Shown here in pieces: positions 50,137 to 61,000 of a stretch of 64,000 nucleotides of DNA (position 1 is its first letter; every line of letters begins with the position of its first letter). Made by a program: the position numbers and the translations under genes. The stretch comes from Selaginella moellendorffii (lineage: Eukaryota > Plantae > Lycopodiophyta), in assembly GCF_000143415.4 (NCBI RefSeq), contig NW_003314318.1, forward strand, positions 186,001-250,000, in the 5' to 3' direction. The notes under the pieces are model-generated. The model did no database searches. It was given only the letters and a program-made list of their open reading frames with translations, and was not told the origin of the DNA.

Positions 50137-50554
50137 AGCCCTGAGCGATGCGAGAGATCTCTAGCTACAAACCTCGGGGAATCGATTGCGCCGTGAGCAC
50201 CGCTCCAAGAAGAGCAACCAAAACCCTAACAGGAGAGAGGGATTTCTTTGTTTAATATATTAAAAGCTTTCCTCTTCGCCGCGAAGAACCCTAACGCGCG
50301 CGAGCAAGGATTCCATTGCGCCGGCGCCATGTCGCGCTTAGATTCGTCGCGGATCTAGACTGGTAAGCGCTCGCATTCCTTGAAATGCCAGCATCGGCCA
50401 TCACAAGGTCTCTAATCGCAACTCTTCCAGAGCATTTGATTCTTGATTTTCCCTTCCACTACAAATCTATAGATGAAGAACACTGTGAGTCTAGAAATCT
50501 AGAAACACAGTCTCCTTTCCTTTCCATCCAGATCACGAAACTAATGGATTTGAT

Positions 50555-50896
50555 TTAACACGAGGAGATGACTGGAAAGCTCCACTGATTGAAAGCTATG
50601 GCGCCAGACATATGTCCCATTGCTACAATCCCCGCGAACCTCACTACAAATCTCAGGTAGCCATCTCGCAGCTCTCTAAGCTGCAAGACCATCCATTTCA
50701 CTCGAGGACGCATCACTTTGAGCCCCCAAACTCTCGTCCTTGTTCTTCCCAGCTTCACGTACCTCCTCCTCCTTTGCATCTTTAGCTTCCTCCTCTCGTA
50801 AAGCCTCTCCCACTTCCTCCTCGCCAGCCTCCCACATCTCTGGATTCCACTGCAAAGCCGTCCCAGAACGCTCCTCCTCCGCCTCCACTGCTGCAT
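50555..50896 (-). CDS. Small basic plant protein of unknown function
   Basis: 113-aa Arg-rich ORF from ATG 50896 with pattern WERL...LG...RVW.LK...LRDGY, reminiscent of an uncharacterised land-plant family. Confidence 0.5.
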   Translation of the reverse strand: MQQWRRRRSVLGRLCSGIQRCGRLARRKWERLYERRKLKMQRRRRYVKLGRTRTRVWGLKVMRPRVKWMVLQLRELRDGYLRFVVRFAGIVAMGHMSGAIAFNQWSFPVISSC

Positions 50897-51255
50897 TCTC
50901 ACGCTCGCCGGCGATGATCGACACGACAACGCACTCGACAAGCTCCTCGGGAGAAGGAGAAATGGGAGCGCGGCCGATCGATCATCCAGAAAGTCGTGGC
51001 AAAGGTCGCAAGTTTAATCTTTTCTTCTCTCTTTTCTTTTCTCTCCACGGGCTACTGACAGCGACGCTCTTGCAGATCCAATTTGATTTGTTAAAAGTTG
51101 TGGGAGTCGCAGTCCCGCAAAAAAAAATTTATGAATGCATCACTTCCGCGACGCCATCGCTCTCAATCTCCAGTTAATTCAACTCAGTCACCCCCAAGTC
51201 CACTCCCGCTGACCAGGACAGTCCACTCTAGTCAACACACACCGCCGACACTCGC

Positions 51256-52809
51256 TCACGTTGACTTCTTGGACTCCACCGATCCGTCCGTGCCGACGAG
51301 CGCCTTGTACTTGTCCTTCCTCGTCAGATTGGTACACTCGAAATCCAGCACTCCCGCCAGAGCTCGCTGGATATGGTTTGCGACTTCGTGGGAGCTCTTG
51401 CCGCCCTTGCAAGTGAGCTCTTCCGGGAGCTGCTGGAGGAACGTTACCTCGTAGCTGGGGCTGGGATTCATGAAGAAGTAGAATGGGTCCATCCCCTTCC
51501 AGGCACGAGCAGCGGTGCCGTGGAACATGCTCATCCGGTTGTCCATGGCGACGGGGACGATATCGTCGGCCAGCTCCGCGAACAGTGCGCTGAAACGCAG
51601 CAGGAATGGCTCCCGGCACGTCGTTCCCTCGGGGCAGATTACCAGGTCGCCTTCTTTCAGGAGCTCCCGGATCTGAGCCGCGTCCTTGTCGCGGTTCCTG
51701 GAGAGAGCCACTGTTTTGATCGGGCTGAGGATCTCGGACAGTCGGGACACCGAGTAAGTCACGGCGGAGACGCCTCGGCCCAGCGCACACGACAGGAAGA
51801 TTGGATCTAGCAGCGTCCGGTGCGAGCAGATGAAGAGGACGCCTCGGGAGTTCTTGGTGGCTCTCGGAGGTGGCGTTCCTTTCACGGTCACTCGGACTCC
51901 CAGCAGCCAGAAGGCATGGTACACGATTGACATGGGAAGCAGCGAGCCTGCGGCGATTCGGAGGCAGGCTAGAACGAAGCCGACGGGGATCCAGAGGAGG
52001 GTGACGAGAGCCACGAGTGGCGTCGGAAGCTGGACGAGACGACCATCGTGAAAGATGATGGGCTTCAGAAGCTGGGACTTTGGAACTGGCTCCACGTTGT
52101 TGCTTGGGGGGACGACGTATCCTTCCTGGATTGAGAGAAGCCAGCGTGAGAATTGCTAAGTCGCGGGAAGGAGGGACGATCTTTTGTTACGTACCTTGCA
52201 AAGCTTCATGAACGGGAAATCGGTCTGCCGATCGCCAAGTCCAACGTCTGGGAGCTGCTCGGGATCACAGGCCTGGAGCAAGGCCTTGGCTTTGTTCTCT
52301 CCAACTAGAACTCCGGGGCTCTTGACGAAACCGGTTGCTCGTCCTCGGCTATCCATCTCCAGCTCGGTTCCAATCACCTCGTCAGCACCTAGGAATTCCT
52401 TGCAGAGCGACTCCACCAAGATCCTGGGATTCGCTGTGACAACAATCTTCTTCCCAAAGGACGAGAAGACCTTCCACGTCTCGGGGTTGAGATCCTGGAG
52501 ATAAAACCGCGGAAGAACACTCCGGGCGATGCATTCGATCTGAGAGACTGGAACACCCGCCAGGGAAGCGAAGATGAGGAGCTTGATTCCAGCGGCCTCG
52601 GAGATGAAGTGATAGAGAAGCCAGACGAGAGGCGAGACGAGGAGGAGCAGCCAGGAGCGCAAGATCCCCGACGTCTCGAAAGTGGTGAGGAAAAAGTATG
52701 GGAAGGAACTCCTCCCGCGCAGCAGCGTTCCATCCAGATCGGAGGCCACCGATTCGCTCTCGCGGCTGATTGTGCTGCTACACTTTTCGATGGGTGGAAA
52801 CTCTGCCAT
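51256..52809 (-). CDS. GPAT: sn-2 glycerol-3-phosphate acyltransferase (GPAT4/6/8-type with HAD phosphatase domain); intron 52126-52194
   Basis: SDLDGTLL and [11 protein letters not shown] motifs; IIFHDGRL; HRTLLD; [16 protein letters not shown]; DPFYFFMNP. Confidence 0.95.
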
Positions 52810-53116
52810 AGCTGCGAGCTCGGTCGCTGCTCTTGAGATCTTTTGCCAAATCCCCTGGAACGAATTCCAATCACTGGCTTAAGTAGTGGGGCTCGACGAT
52901 CAACTTCGATGGCTGGGAATTATCTTCGTGGGCAACGCCCCGAGAAATTTGAGCTGGGCATAGAGCTCACTATGTTCGCCACGGTGTCCCCAATGCCAAA
53001 AAGTGTTTTTAAATGTTTGAATCCAGCATCTTTGCAGCATATTCATTTGTGACCTAAAAGCATCTCGGAATATATGCTGTTTATAGAATGGGAGGGATTT
53101 AGGGTTTGCGGCGGCG

Positions 53117-53815
53117 ATGAAGAGGCCGCAAGGAGGCGATGGGGCGATCTCCCCGCGCGACGAAATCGAGATTGTCACGAGTAGCAAGCGCAGGAAGGTA
53201 TGGGATTACGTCTGCAAGAGGCAGCTGCTCGTCCACGCCAAGACGCGGCGGACGACGGTCATGGTTTTCGGCCGGAAGATCGATGTGGTGGTGACGAGCG
53301 ATGCGGCGGAGATTGAGAGCTGGGTCTTGCGGCAGGAGGGGAGTGTCTTCGGGGTGGATCTCGAGTGGAAGCCGAATCGCGTCATGGGGGAGGAGAACAA
53401 GGTGGCTCTCATCCAAATCTGTGGAGAGACGGAATGCCTCATCGTCCAGATGTGCTACATCGACCAGATCCCGGACGCGCTGGTGGAGTTCCTCAAGAAC
53501 TCGAGCTCCAAGGCCATGTTTGGCGGTGTTGGTGTGAAGAACGACGCGGAGAAGCTGGAGAGAGACCATGGCCTGGTGTGCAAAGGCACGGTGGAGCTGG
53601 GCGTCCTGGCCACCGAGAAGCTTGGAAACCAGCGGCTTAGAAACCAGGGGCTCAAGAAGATGGCCAGCATTGTGATTGGGCTTGGAATGGACAAGCCCAA
53701 GAGAGTGACGATGAGCAACTGGGAGAACCTCCACCTCAGCGATGCTCAAGTGAACTACGCGTGCGTCGACGCTTGGGTCTCGTACGCGATCTTGCAGAAG
53801 CTGCTATCGTCGTGA
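53117..53815 (+). CDS. Werner-syndrome-like DEDDy 3'-5' exonuclease, intronless
   Basis: ExoI GVDLEW, ExoII GVKNDAEKL, ExoIII MSNWE...QVNYACVDA. Confidence 0.9.
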   Translation: MKRPQGGDGAISPRDEIEIVTSSKRRKVWDYVCKRQLLVHAKTRRTTVMVFGRKIDVVVTSDAAEIESWVLRQEGSVFGVDLEWKPNRVMGEENKVALIQICGETECLIVQMCYIDQIPDALVEFLKNSSSKAMFGGVGVKNDAEKLERDHGLVCKGTVELGVLATEKLGNQRLRNQGLKKMASIVIGLGMDKPKRVTMSNWENLHLSDAQVNYACVDAWVSYAILQKLLSS

Positions 53816-54015
53816 TCCATGGACAGGTTTTTTCTCTCTTTTTTTTCTCTCTTCGATTGCGAGACTGTAGAAAGAGAGCTGGTGTAACACAGTGGCTGCA
53901 CATTTTCGAGCGTGCAGCGATACTGTTTCCAGCAATCGTCCCCGATTTTACGAGGTAACTAAGTTACATTTATCTTGACTACGTTTGTGCTGTTCTCACG
54001 GTTCTTTGCGAGTAT

Positions 54016-54064
54016 AGGCTGTGATGATAGATCGTGTTGGAATTCACCAGATCCTTTTGAGCCT
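54016..54064 (+). ncRNA. Shortened, degenerate paralogue of the adjacent C/D snoRNA
   Basis: Same aggct/agcct terminal stem and box C GTGATGA; guide remnant accagatcctt; box D changed to TTGA. Confidence 0.5.
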
Positions 54065-54149
54065 TCGTCTAAGGTAGAAACTTGTTCGTTCTCGTTCGTA
54101 AGAACTCTTGAGCATTGTGGTCGTCCACTGTCATGTCTAGCTCTTTGAG

Positions 54150-54226
54150 AGGCTGTGATGAAAGACCCTCTGGGATTGTTGTGATCTTCCAGTGATCAAG
54201 ATATACCAATGGATCCTTCTGAGCCT
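54150..54226 (+). ncRNA. C/D-box snoRNA predicted to guide 2'-O-methylation of the 18S A in GAGG(A)UCCAUUGG (U62/snR41-type site)
   Basis: Terminal stem aggct/agcct; box C GTGATGA 54155-54161; box D CTGA 54219-54222; guide ccaatggatcct is complementary to conserved 18S aggatccattgg. Confidence 0.82.
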
Positions 54227-55624
54227 TTGCGTGTTTTTTTATGGGGTTCTACCAGTCTGTCTTTGCTTGCTCTGCATTGCGAACTGGTGTACAGATTTTT
54301 CACCACCTTACACTGGCTAGCTTTATACTTTTTATTCGCAGGATGGATATTGCTAGGTACTAGCTCCTGCTCGATCAACGTCTGTTGTAGGTGCAGGATG
54401 GGACGAGAGGGGAATTAAATTGCGCCTCACAGCACACCTGACAAACGGTGGAACACTGGCATTGTTTTACGCGCCTCACATTCAAGTCTCGAGGTACAAG
54501 CTTTGTTTTCTTTCTCATTTTATTCTATTCTAGAGTTTAGAGAGAGCAGCTGCTGCTGTGCTCTGACTGATCGGCCCCCCGGGTTTTAAATCCCTCTGCC
54601 TGCTCGCTTTGACTCACTGTCTTTGCTCGCTCTTGTTTTCTTTCTCCCTCAAGGCTCATCTCGAAAGCGCCGATGGTGAGGAATGGAAGTGAACTTCTCA
54701 CTGCATCACTTGTCTCGCTGCTGCTGTCCGTGCTGCTGCTAACAGGTATCCCGGTTTATTGTTTCGGAGCTGAACGAGTGTGGATTGTTTCTGGTCTGGC
54801 AGCTCAGGGATTGGAGGATGTTGCTCATGTAAGCCTTGAAACTTTAGTCTCGTTTCATTTGAAAAGTTTCCAAACTTCAGGAAAGTCTGGAGAGTGCAAA
54901 TCTAGTTCGTTCGCGCCGCTTGTTGCACAGGCCTCTGGGAGGTAAAGCCTTCAAAGCCTAGAAGATTTGGGAGTTTCCTAAAATCTTTCTTTCCTATCAT
55001 TTCGAGCAGTTTGTGCAGCTCCTGGGCCCGTGTGTTCTGAAGGGGTGTTTGTGACTTGTGAGGTGGGAGGAAGAAGGGGATGTTTGTGCGGTTTGATCCA
55101 CCATTGTCATCCCCATGTTTCGGGCTGCTATCTACACTCTGGAAGCAATGTAACTCACTGTGGGTTTTAAACAAAGAAACATATTTAAGTATTAAACAAA
55201 ATATACATTTTTGTTCTGTTTTTCTTTTCTTAAATTGTTAAAACACTTATTTAAAACAGTACTTATACGATTGCGATGGAAAACACCCACAACAAGCGTA
55301 CAAACTTAATTGCAGAGTTTCATGGCACCACAAGACTGCCAAAACAGAATATAGGATAGACAAAGCAAAACGAATGAAACTGAGAGTTGCATGGGAGTTC
55401 ACAAAGTTCAGCAGCAAATCCTTGACTGAAATTCATCAAACCACGTGTACTCAATTCATGAGCATGATTTTCAACGTCTTGTGGCGCGAAGGAAATTTCG
55501 CACTTACCGAACTCACGGGTGGTGTTCAACGTTGCGTGTGGTCCACAACCTCTTTCCCCTGGACTATATAAATCCGCGTAGAAACTTGAAATATTATTAG
55601 AGAGGTATAGCATACACAGTTCCA

Positions 55625-56194
55625 ATGGCAAGCTCTACTGCCATCCTCGTTGCTCTTGTTGCTTTAAGCCATTGTTTTGTAGCAATTCCACTCGCAGCAG
55701 CCACTTCCTTCAACGTTGTCAATCGCTGCGGGAGCTCGCAGAACATCATCGTCCGTGAGAACGCCGGGGGCCCCTCGATCGGAACCTCCGGATTCACTCT
55801 CGCCCCCGGCGCATCTCGCGGACTAAATCCTCCGAATCTCTGGGCGGGAAACATCGGCACTGGAACTCCCGGCCTCCTGGCCGAGTTCTCGATCAACAGC
55901 AACAGCAACAATGACTTCTATGACGTGAGCGCCGTGGATGGCTTCTTCATCGGCACTGGGATGAGCATCACTGGATCTGGCAGAGGTCTGATTTGCCGAG
56001 CGGAGGCAGCGACTTGTCCTCCCCAGAACAGGAATGGGAATACTTGTGCCAGTCCCAACCGGGACGATCCAAACTCTCAGTACGCGCAGAACGTCCGTGC
56101 CAGATGCCCGGATGCCTATAGCTGGTCTGGTGATAACACCAAGACTTTTGCCACTGGAACCGGAGGAACTTTCACCATTACGTTCTGCCCATGA
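55625..56194 (+). CDS. Small secreted thaumatin-like (PR-5) protein, intronless
   Basis: Signal peptide; FNVVNRC, GFTLAPG, LAEF, DFYDVSAVDGF, CPDAYSW, ITFCP; TATA-like ctatataaat at about 55564. Confidence 0.85.
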   Translation: MASSTAILVALVALSHCFVAIPLAAATSFNVVNRCGSSQNIIVRENAGGPSIGTSGFTLAPGASRGLNPPNLWAGNIGTGTPGLLAEFSINSNSNNDFYDVSAVDGFFIGTGMSITGSGRGLICRAEAATCPPQNRNGNTCASPNRDDPNSQYAQNVRARCPDAYSWSGDNTKTFATGTGGTFTITFCP

Positions 56195-57004
56195 GCGATG
56201 ATATCAATCACTCACTAGTTAATAAATAAATTCTGGTCTTCTTATTGACTTGCCAAGGCAGCGGTATCACGTTTAAGAATGGGATTTATAGAAAACTTTC
56301 AAACTTCCTAAAACCCCATTCGCGGTAATGCGAAAAGCATGAACTTCCACGAGAAAGAGTTTCAAGGAAGAGGCGATGGGCATTGCGAGTCCTGCCACAC
56401 CTTTAATATATATGAATGATGGTTTTGGGGGGGAAGGCGTCGCACAGAGGCACGGAAATGCCATTAGAAGGGGATGACTAGTCAATCCAGTTGATGCTTT
56501 GGGTAAAGGAAAACGGATCAATCACAAAAGCTTTCCAAAATTTTCTCACGTAGCACAGCGTGTGACAAATGTCTTCCATCAGAAAATCTAGGCGTCAATG
56601 ATCTTGAGAGCTTCTTTTTACCGCTCTGGGCACATTTCGTAAGGCGATGCAGCTCCTCAAGGCGGTCCCAGGTACAGCGACACTGGCTGCTTTGGATTTA
56701 GCATCCAGGAACACATTGATCTTGCGATGGTGCTTGAGCTCTTGAGGAGTTGCAAATCCAAGGGCAGATCCTCTTCAAATTTCGTCATGACCATTTAATT
56801 GAAGCCCATGAGATTTGGTGGTGATAACAAAAGCCATGGATCGATCAAACTGGAGGCTATGTGCTTTCTTGGTCATGCCATCCTAAGAACCCTAATTTGA
56901 AAAAGTGCCCATCTTTTGTTGATAGGAAAGATTCTTAGTTTATTAATAGTAGTATTATTTCTATTTATTAATTTAATTGATCAAAATTTATAATTATAAC
57001 AAGT

Positions 57005-57150
57005 TGTGAAGTCCAAGGATACAGCTATGATGTTGTATACTAATATTAGTGTTGTGGGATTTTAGTAACCATTCAATTGATTTCAATCTAGGCCATTCAT
57101 TTTTGTATATAAATTAAGGTTTTTGGGCTAATTAATATGCATATTTTCTT
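57005..57150 (+). mobile_element. Truncated LTR of the short-LTR gypsy family
   Basis: Matches 14837-14980 (gtatactaatattag...gatttcaat...tttttgggctaatt.atatgca). Confidence 0.8.
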
Positions 57151-57156
57151 AATGTT

Positions 57157-57900
57157 TGTGAGTGCATGGAATATGGAAAGGGAATATAGAAATGTGCATA
57201 TCAATTACCCCAAAAACCTTTGCTTATATATAGGAGCGAGTGGTCCGGATTGAAACCAATCCAACGGCTACCAAAATCCCACTACGCTAATATTAGTATA
57301 TGGCATCGTAGCCGTACACTTAGCCCTCATATCATCCCCTCCTCTCGGAATAATGGAAGGCCGTTAGGGTTCTCTGGTAGACGGGCTGGGATCTGGAGGA
57401 ACATTAGGAGGAGGCATCGGCGGATCTATAGATGGTATTAACTGCTCCTGATCCCTTTGTATGAAGCGTTTCAACTGCTGCACATGCACAACCTCCGGAG
57501 GATTGGCCTACTAGACGTCATGCCGAACCTCATAAACTTGCAGTCCAAATTGCCGCAACACCCGATATGATCCTTTCCACTGCACAAGGAGCCCCTTAGA
57601 TAAACCACATACCGTAAAATGGGGAAAACAGACTAACACCAAATCATCCACTTTGTACTTTGTAGGTGGACGATGATGGGAGTTGTAGCGCCGTTGTTGT
57701 CCCACTTGTATGCGGCCTAAGTGTTCGGCAGACTCTGCTCGGACAAGTGGAAGAATGCTTGTCAAATATTGATCCCACGACCTAGCAATGGGAGCTCGTG
57801 GCAATCGCGAAGGTAAACCCAGCTCCGTTGGTAATATTGGATCATGACCATATAGAAGTTTATATGGTGAAGCACCAACAACACTCTGTAAGCCACAAAT
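57157..57900 (-). mobile_element. 3' end of a short-LTR gypsy element (LTR 57157-57334, PPT, integrase C-terminus)
   Basis: LTR is the reverse complement of 14833-15011; PPT gagaggagggga; SPYKLLYG and QWKGSYRVLRQ motifs. Confidence 0.82.
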
Positions 57901-58049
57901 TTTTCCTTTCCAATTTGCCAGCTTACCTCGTCTATCCGACCAACGCTGCCTTGGCTTGTGCTAAGTTCCCTTGCCAAGGTTCTCGCCTATTGTACCAGCT
58001 CCTACTTGGTCCTACTTGGTTTCAGCTACTCACTGCACGAGCAACGGAG

Positions 58050-61000
58050 TGTTAGCCATCCATCTACGGATTCCCAAATCTCTCCCAATCCCCCTCCCCG
58101 GGTTAGACTAGACTTAAGGTTCAGCTACACTCCCCGCAGGCACAAGCAGCCAAGCACACAAAGCCTCCAGGTTCCTAACACCCCTTGGTACAACAAGACT
58201 TGATCATGGGACCCTCTAAATCCCAAGCCTTGGGTGCAACACTTGCTTCGGGACGTCGGGGCGAAACACCGTGGCCTAACGGCCCGGTATGGGTACCTCT
58301 ACCCCCCACTTCCATCCCGAAGGGAAGGACCAAGCCCCTAGGAAGGGCGAGGACCAATGAGCCGCATGGTACTCATGTGGGGCACCACTCCACATGAGCC
58401 GGGAGCACCGCAATCGGTTTCCCTTTCGGGAGTGGGAGCTGCTCTTGAGCACTTCCTTGGATGGCCCCTCCGGCACCAACCAAGTCCATACTCACTCCCA
58501 CCCAAGGCCCCTCGGTCCCAGTCTCAACCTCAAGTCAGTTTGGAAGCCCCACTGGAGAGTCCCTTCAAAACTGGTTCCTGGACCTCACTATCCCTACTAT
58601 ACTTTTGGAACCCCCTGCAGCCCCCCCCCCCCCCCTGGGAGACGCACGCTTTAGGCTTTCACCCCTTGACCCGTATTAGTATTTGGACTTAGTCTCTGGC
58701 TCGATCTCGGACTCGATTTCGGATCCGACTTCGGATTCGGTCTCGGACTCGATCTCGGACTCGATCTCGGACCCGATCTCAGACCCGACCTCGGACTTGA
58801 CCTCGGACTCGGTCTCGGACCCGATTTCGGATCTCAGATTCCGTCTCGAACTCGGTCCCCGAGTCGGCCTCGGACTCGATTCTGGACTCTATCTTGAACT
58901 CGGTCTCCGAGTTGGTCTTGGACTTGATCTTCGACTTTGGTCCCATCCGATGAACTCTTTGTCATTTTGGTCATTCTTTCGGGGTTCCTTTAGCCTACGA
59001 CACCTCGGCGAGTTGGTTCCTTACAAATCCACCACCCATAGAAGAAGTTCGATGCCTACATCGAACGTCTCTTTTTTTTTTTATCCTACGACTTGTTGAC
59101 CATGTCTCCAGGGGCATCCCCCCACTTAGCGGTGTGCCTAAGTTAGCCTCCCCGGCCAAGAGCCCATGACAACGGAATATAGGTGTCCCTATACTCCTCA
59201 CCTCACCACGCCCTAGTATGGGGTCGGGACTTGAACCCAGCCTTGCTTTACTAGGGGGTTGGGACTCAAACCCAACCTCCGTAGAATACGTCTACGGATT
59301 CGACATCCTCGCAGAGAGTCAGGCGTAGCTCCCTACGCTTGGTCGACCTAGCTAACCCATGCTAATTAGCTTACCTTCGGCGCGCCTTCGGGTCCCAATA
59401 TATGACATTGCTCAACTTCTCAAATTGATACTTTTAATTGAACTTTGCATAAGTACATAGAGTTCTACCTTGCAGAAATTCCTCCACTAGATCTCGCGCG
59501 TTCGCTAGGTTCTCCTCCGGTTCCCATGTTGCTTCGCAGTGTGGAAATCCTTTCCACTTCACATGGAACTCTCTCACCTCACGTCCTTGTCGCTTGCTCT
59601 TGCGCGCATTGAGGATGGCCTCCACTTCGTATTCCTCTTCCCCTTGAATAACCTCAGGTAAAGGTTTTACTTCGTCCTTGCGAAGCGGATCCTCAAAATA
59701 CGGCTTGAGTAAGTTCACGTGGAACACGGGATGCATCTTCCCCATCTCTCAAGGAAGTCGGAGACGGTAAGCCACTTTACCGATTTGAGCCTCAATCTCG
59801 TAAGGCCCCGCGAACCTGCTTAAGGAACTCAAGATCAATTCATTTACAGGAATACATGCATATTTACCTTTGGGTTAACTTTTGGCTGATCCCACTTGGT
59901 AGCCTAAGGTTCTTGGTGTTCAGCCACACCTTCTCCCCAGCTTGGAACTCTACGTCCCGGCGCTTTTGGTTCACGTACTTGGTTTGCCTTTGTTGCGCCC
60001 ATTTCAAGGAATCCCTCACTAGATTCCAAATGTTGAGTCTTTCCACCATGAATGCCTCCATTGCGGGTAGCTCTCCATGATACTCGGCCACACCGAGTTC
60101 CACAGGACCTTCAATAGCTCGCCCATTGATGACTTCCCATGGACTCACCCCAATACTCGAATGTGGTGAGTTGTTATAACACCTTTCCGCAAGTCCCAAA
60201 TGACTTACCTAATCGGTCTGGTCTCCCGAGACATAGCATCACAAATAATCCTCCAGCTGCCTATTCACCCTTTCCGTTTGTCCATCTGTCAAGAAGTGTT
60301 AGTGCCACCAAACTTGACTTAATACCCCATACCTGTCTGTGGGTAATAGGCTATGCTGAATTTTAACTTGGTGCTATACTGTTCCAGGAGGGTCCTCCAG
60401 AACCTACTAGTGAAGATCTTATCTCGATCTGAGATGATCTCTTCTGGCCTTCCCCGCACTCGAACCACTTGTTCGAAGAACAGTTTCGCCACACCTTTCG
60501 CATCCACTTCTGTTGTGGTGGGTATGAAATGTGCCATTTTCAAAAATCGGTCCACCACCACGAATATCGCATCAAACCCCTCGCTTGGGGGAAGTCCCGT
60601 GATGAAGTCCATCGTAAGACATTTCCATGGACGATCTAGAATTGGGATGCTTTGCAACAAGCCCCCACTAGCCTTAGTCACGGCTTTGACCTGCTGACAT
60701 GTTGGACATGTCTTTACATAGTCTTGGACGTCCTTAGCCATATCTGGCCAATGGTACGTCCTCTTGAGTAAGCCCATCGTCTTGGGCACTCTGCCGTGTC
60801 CCGCAAGAGATCCGTCATGACACTCTTCTAAGGCTACCTTCCTTAGTTCCCCTTCTGGAACATACACCCTCGTTTGCTTGTAATAGATGAGTCCGTTGTG
60901 TTCCGCATAGCCCATTTTCTCTTCCGTTGGCAGCTCACTTCTCTGGTGAGCTTCCCGTGCCTCTAGATTCCTCAGCAACACTTCTTGTGCTAGACCATCG

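Noticed and set aside
58683-59099. Ser/Asp-repeat ORF and a superficially CRISPR-like array
   Set aside because: It is a translation of a degenerate 12-bp tandem repeat inside an LTR; there are no unique spacers and the context is eukaryotic.
59425-59470. Possible third intron after the chromodomain (CAAG|GTAGAA)
   Set aside because: There is no convincing acceptor and no conserved downstream frame to restore.
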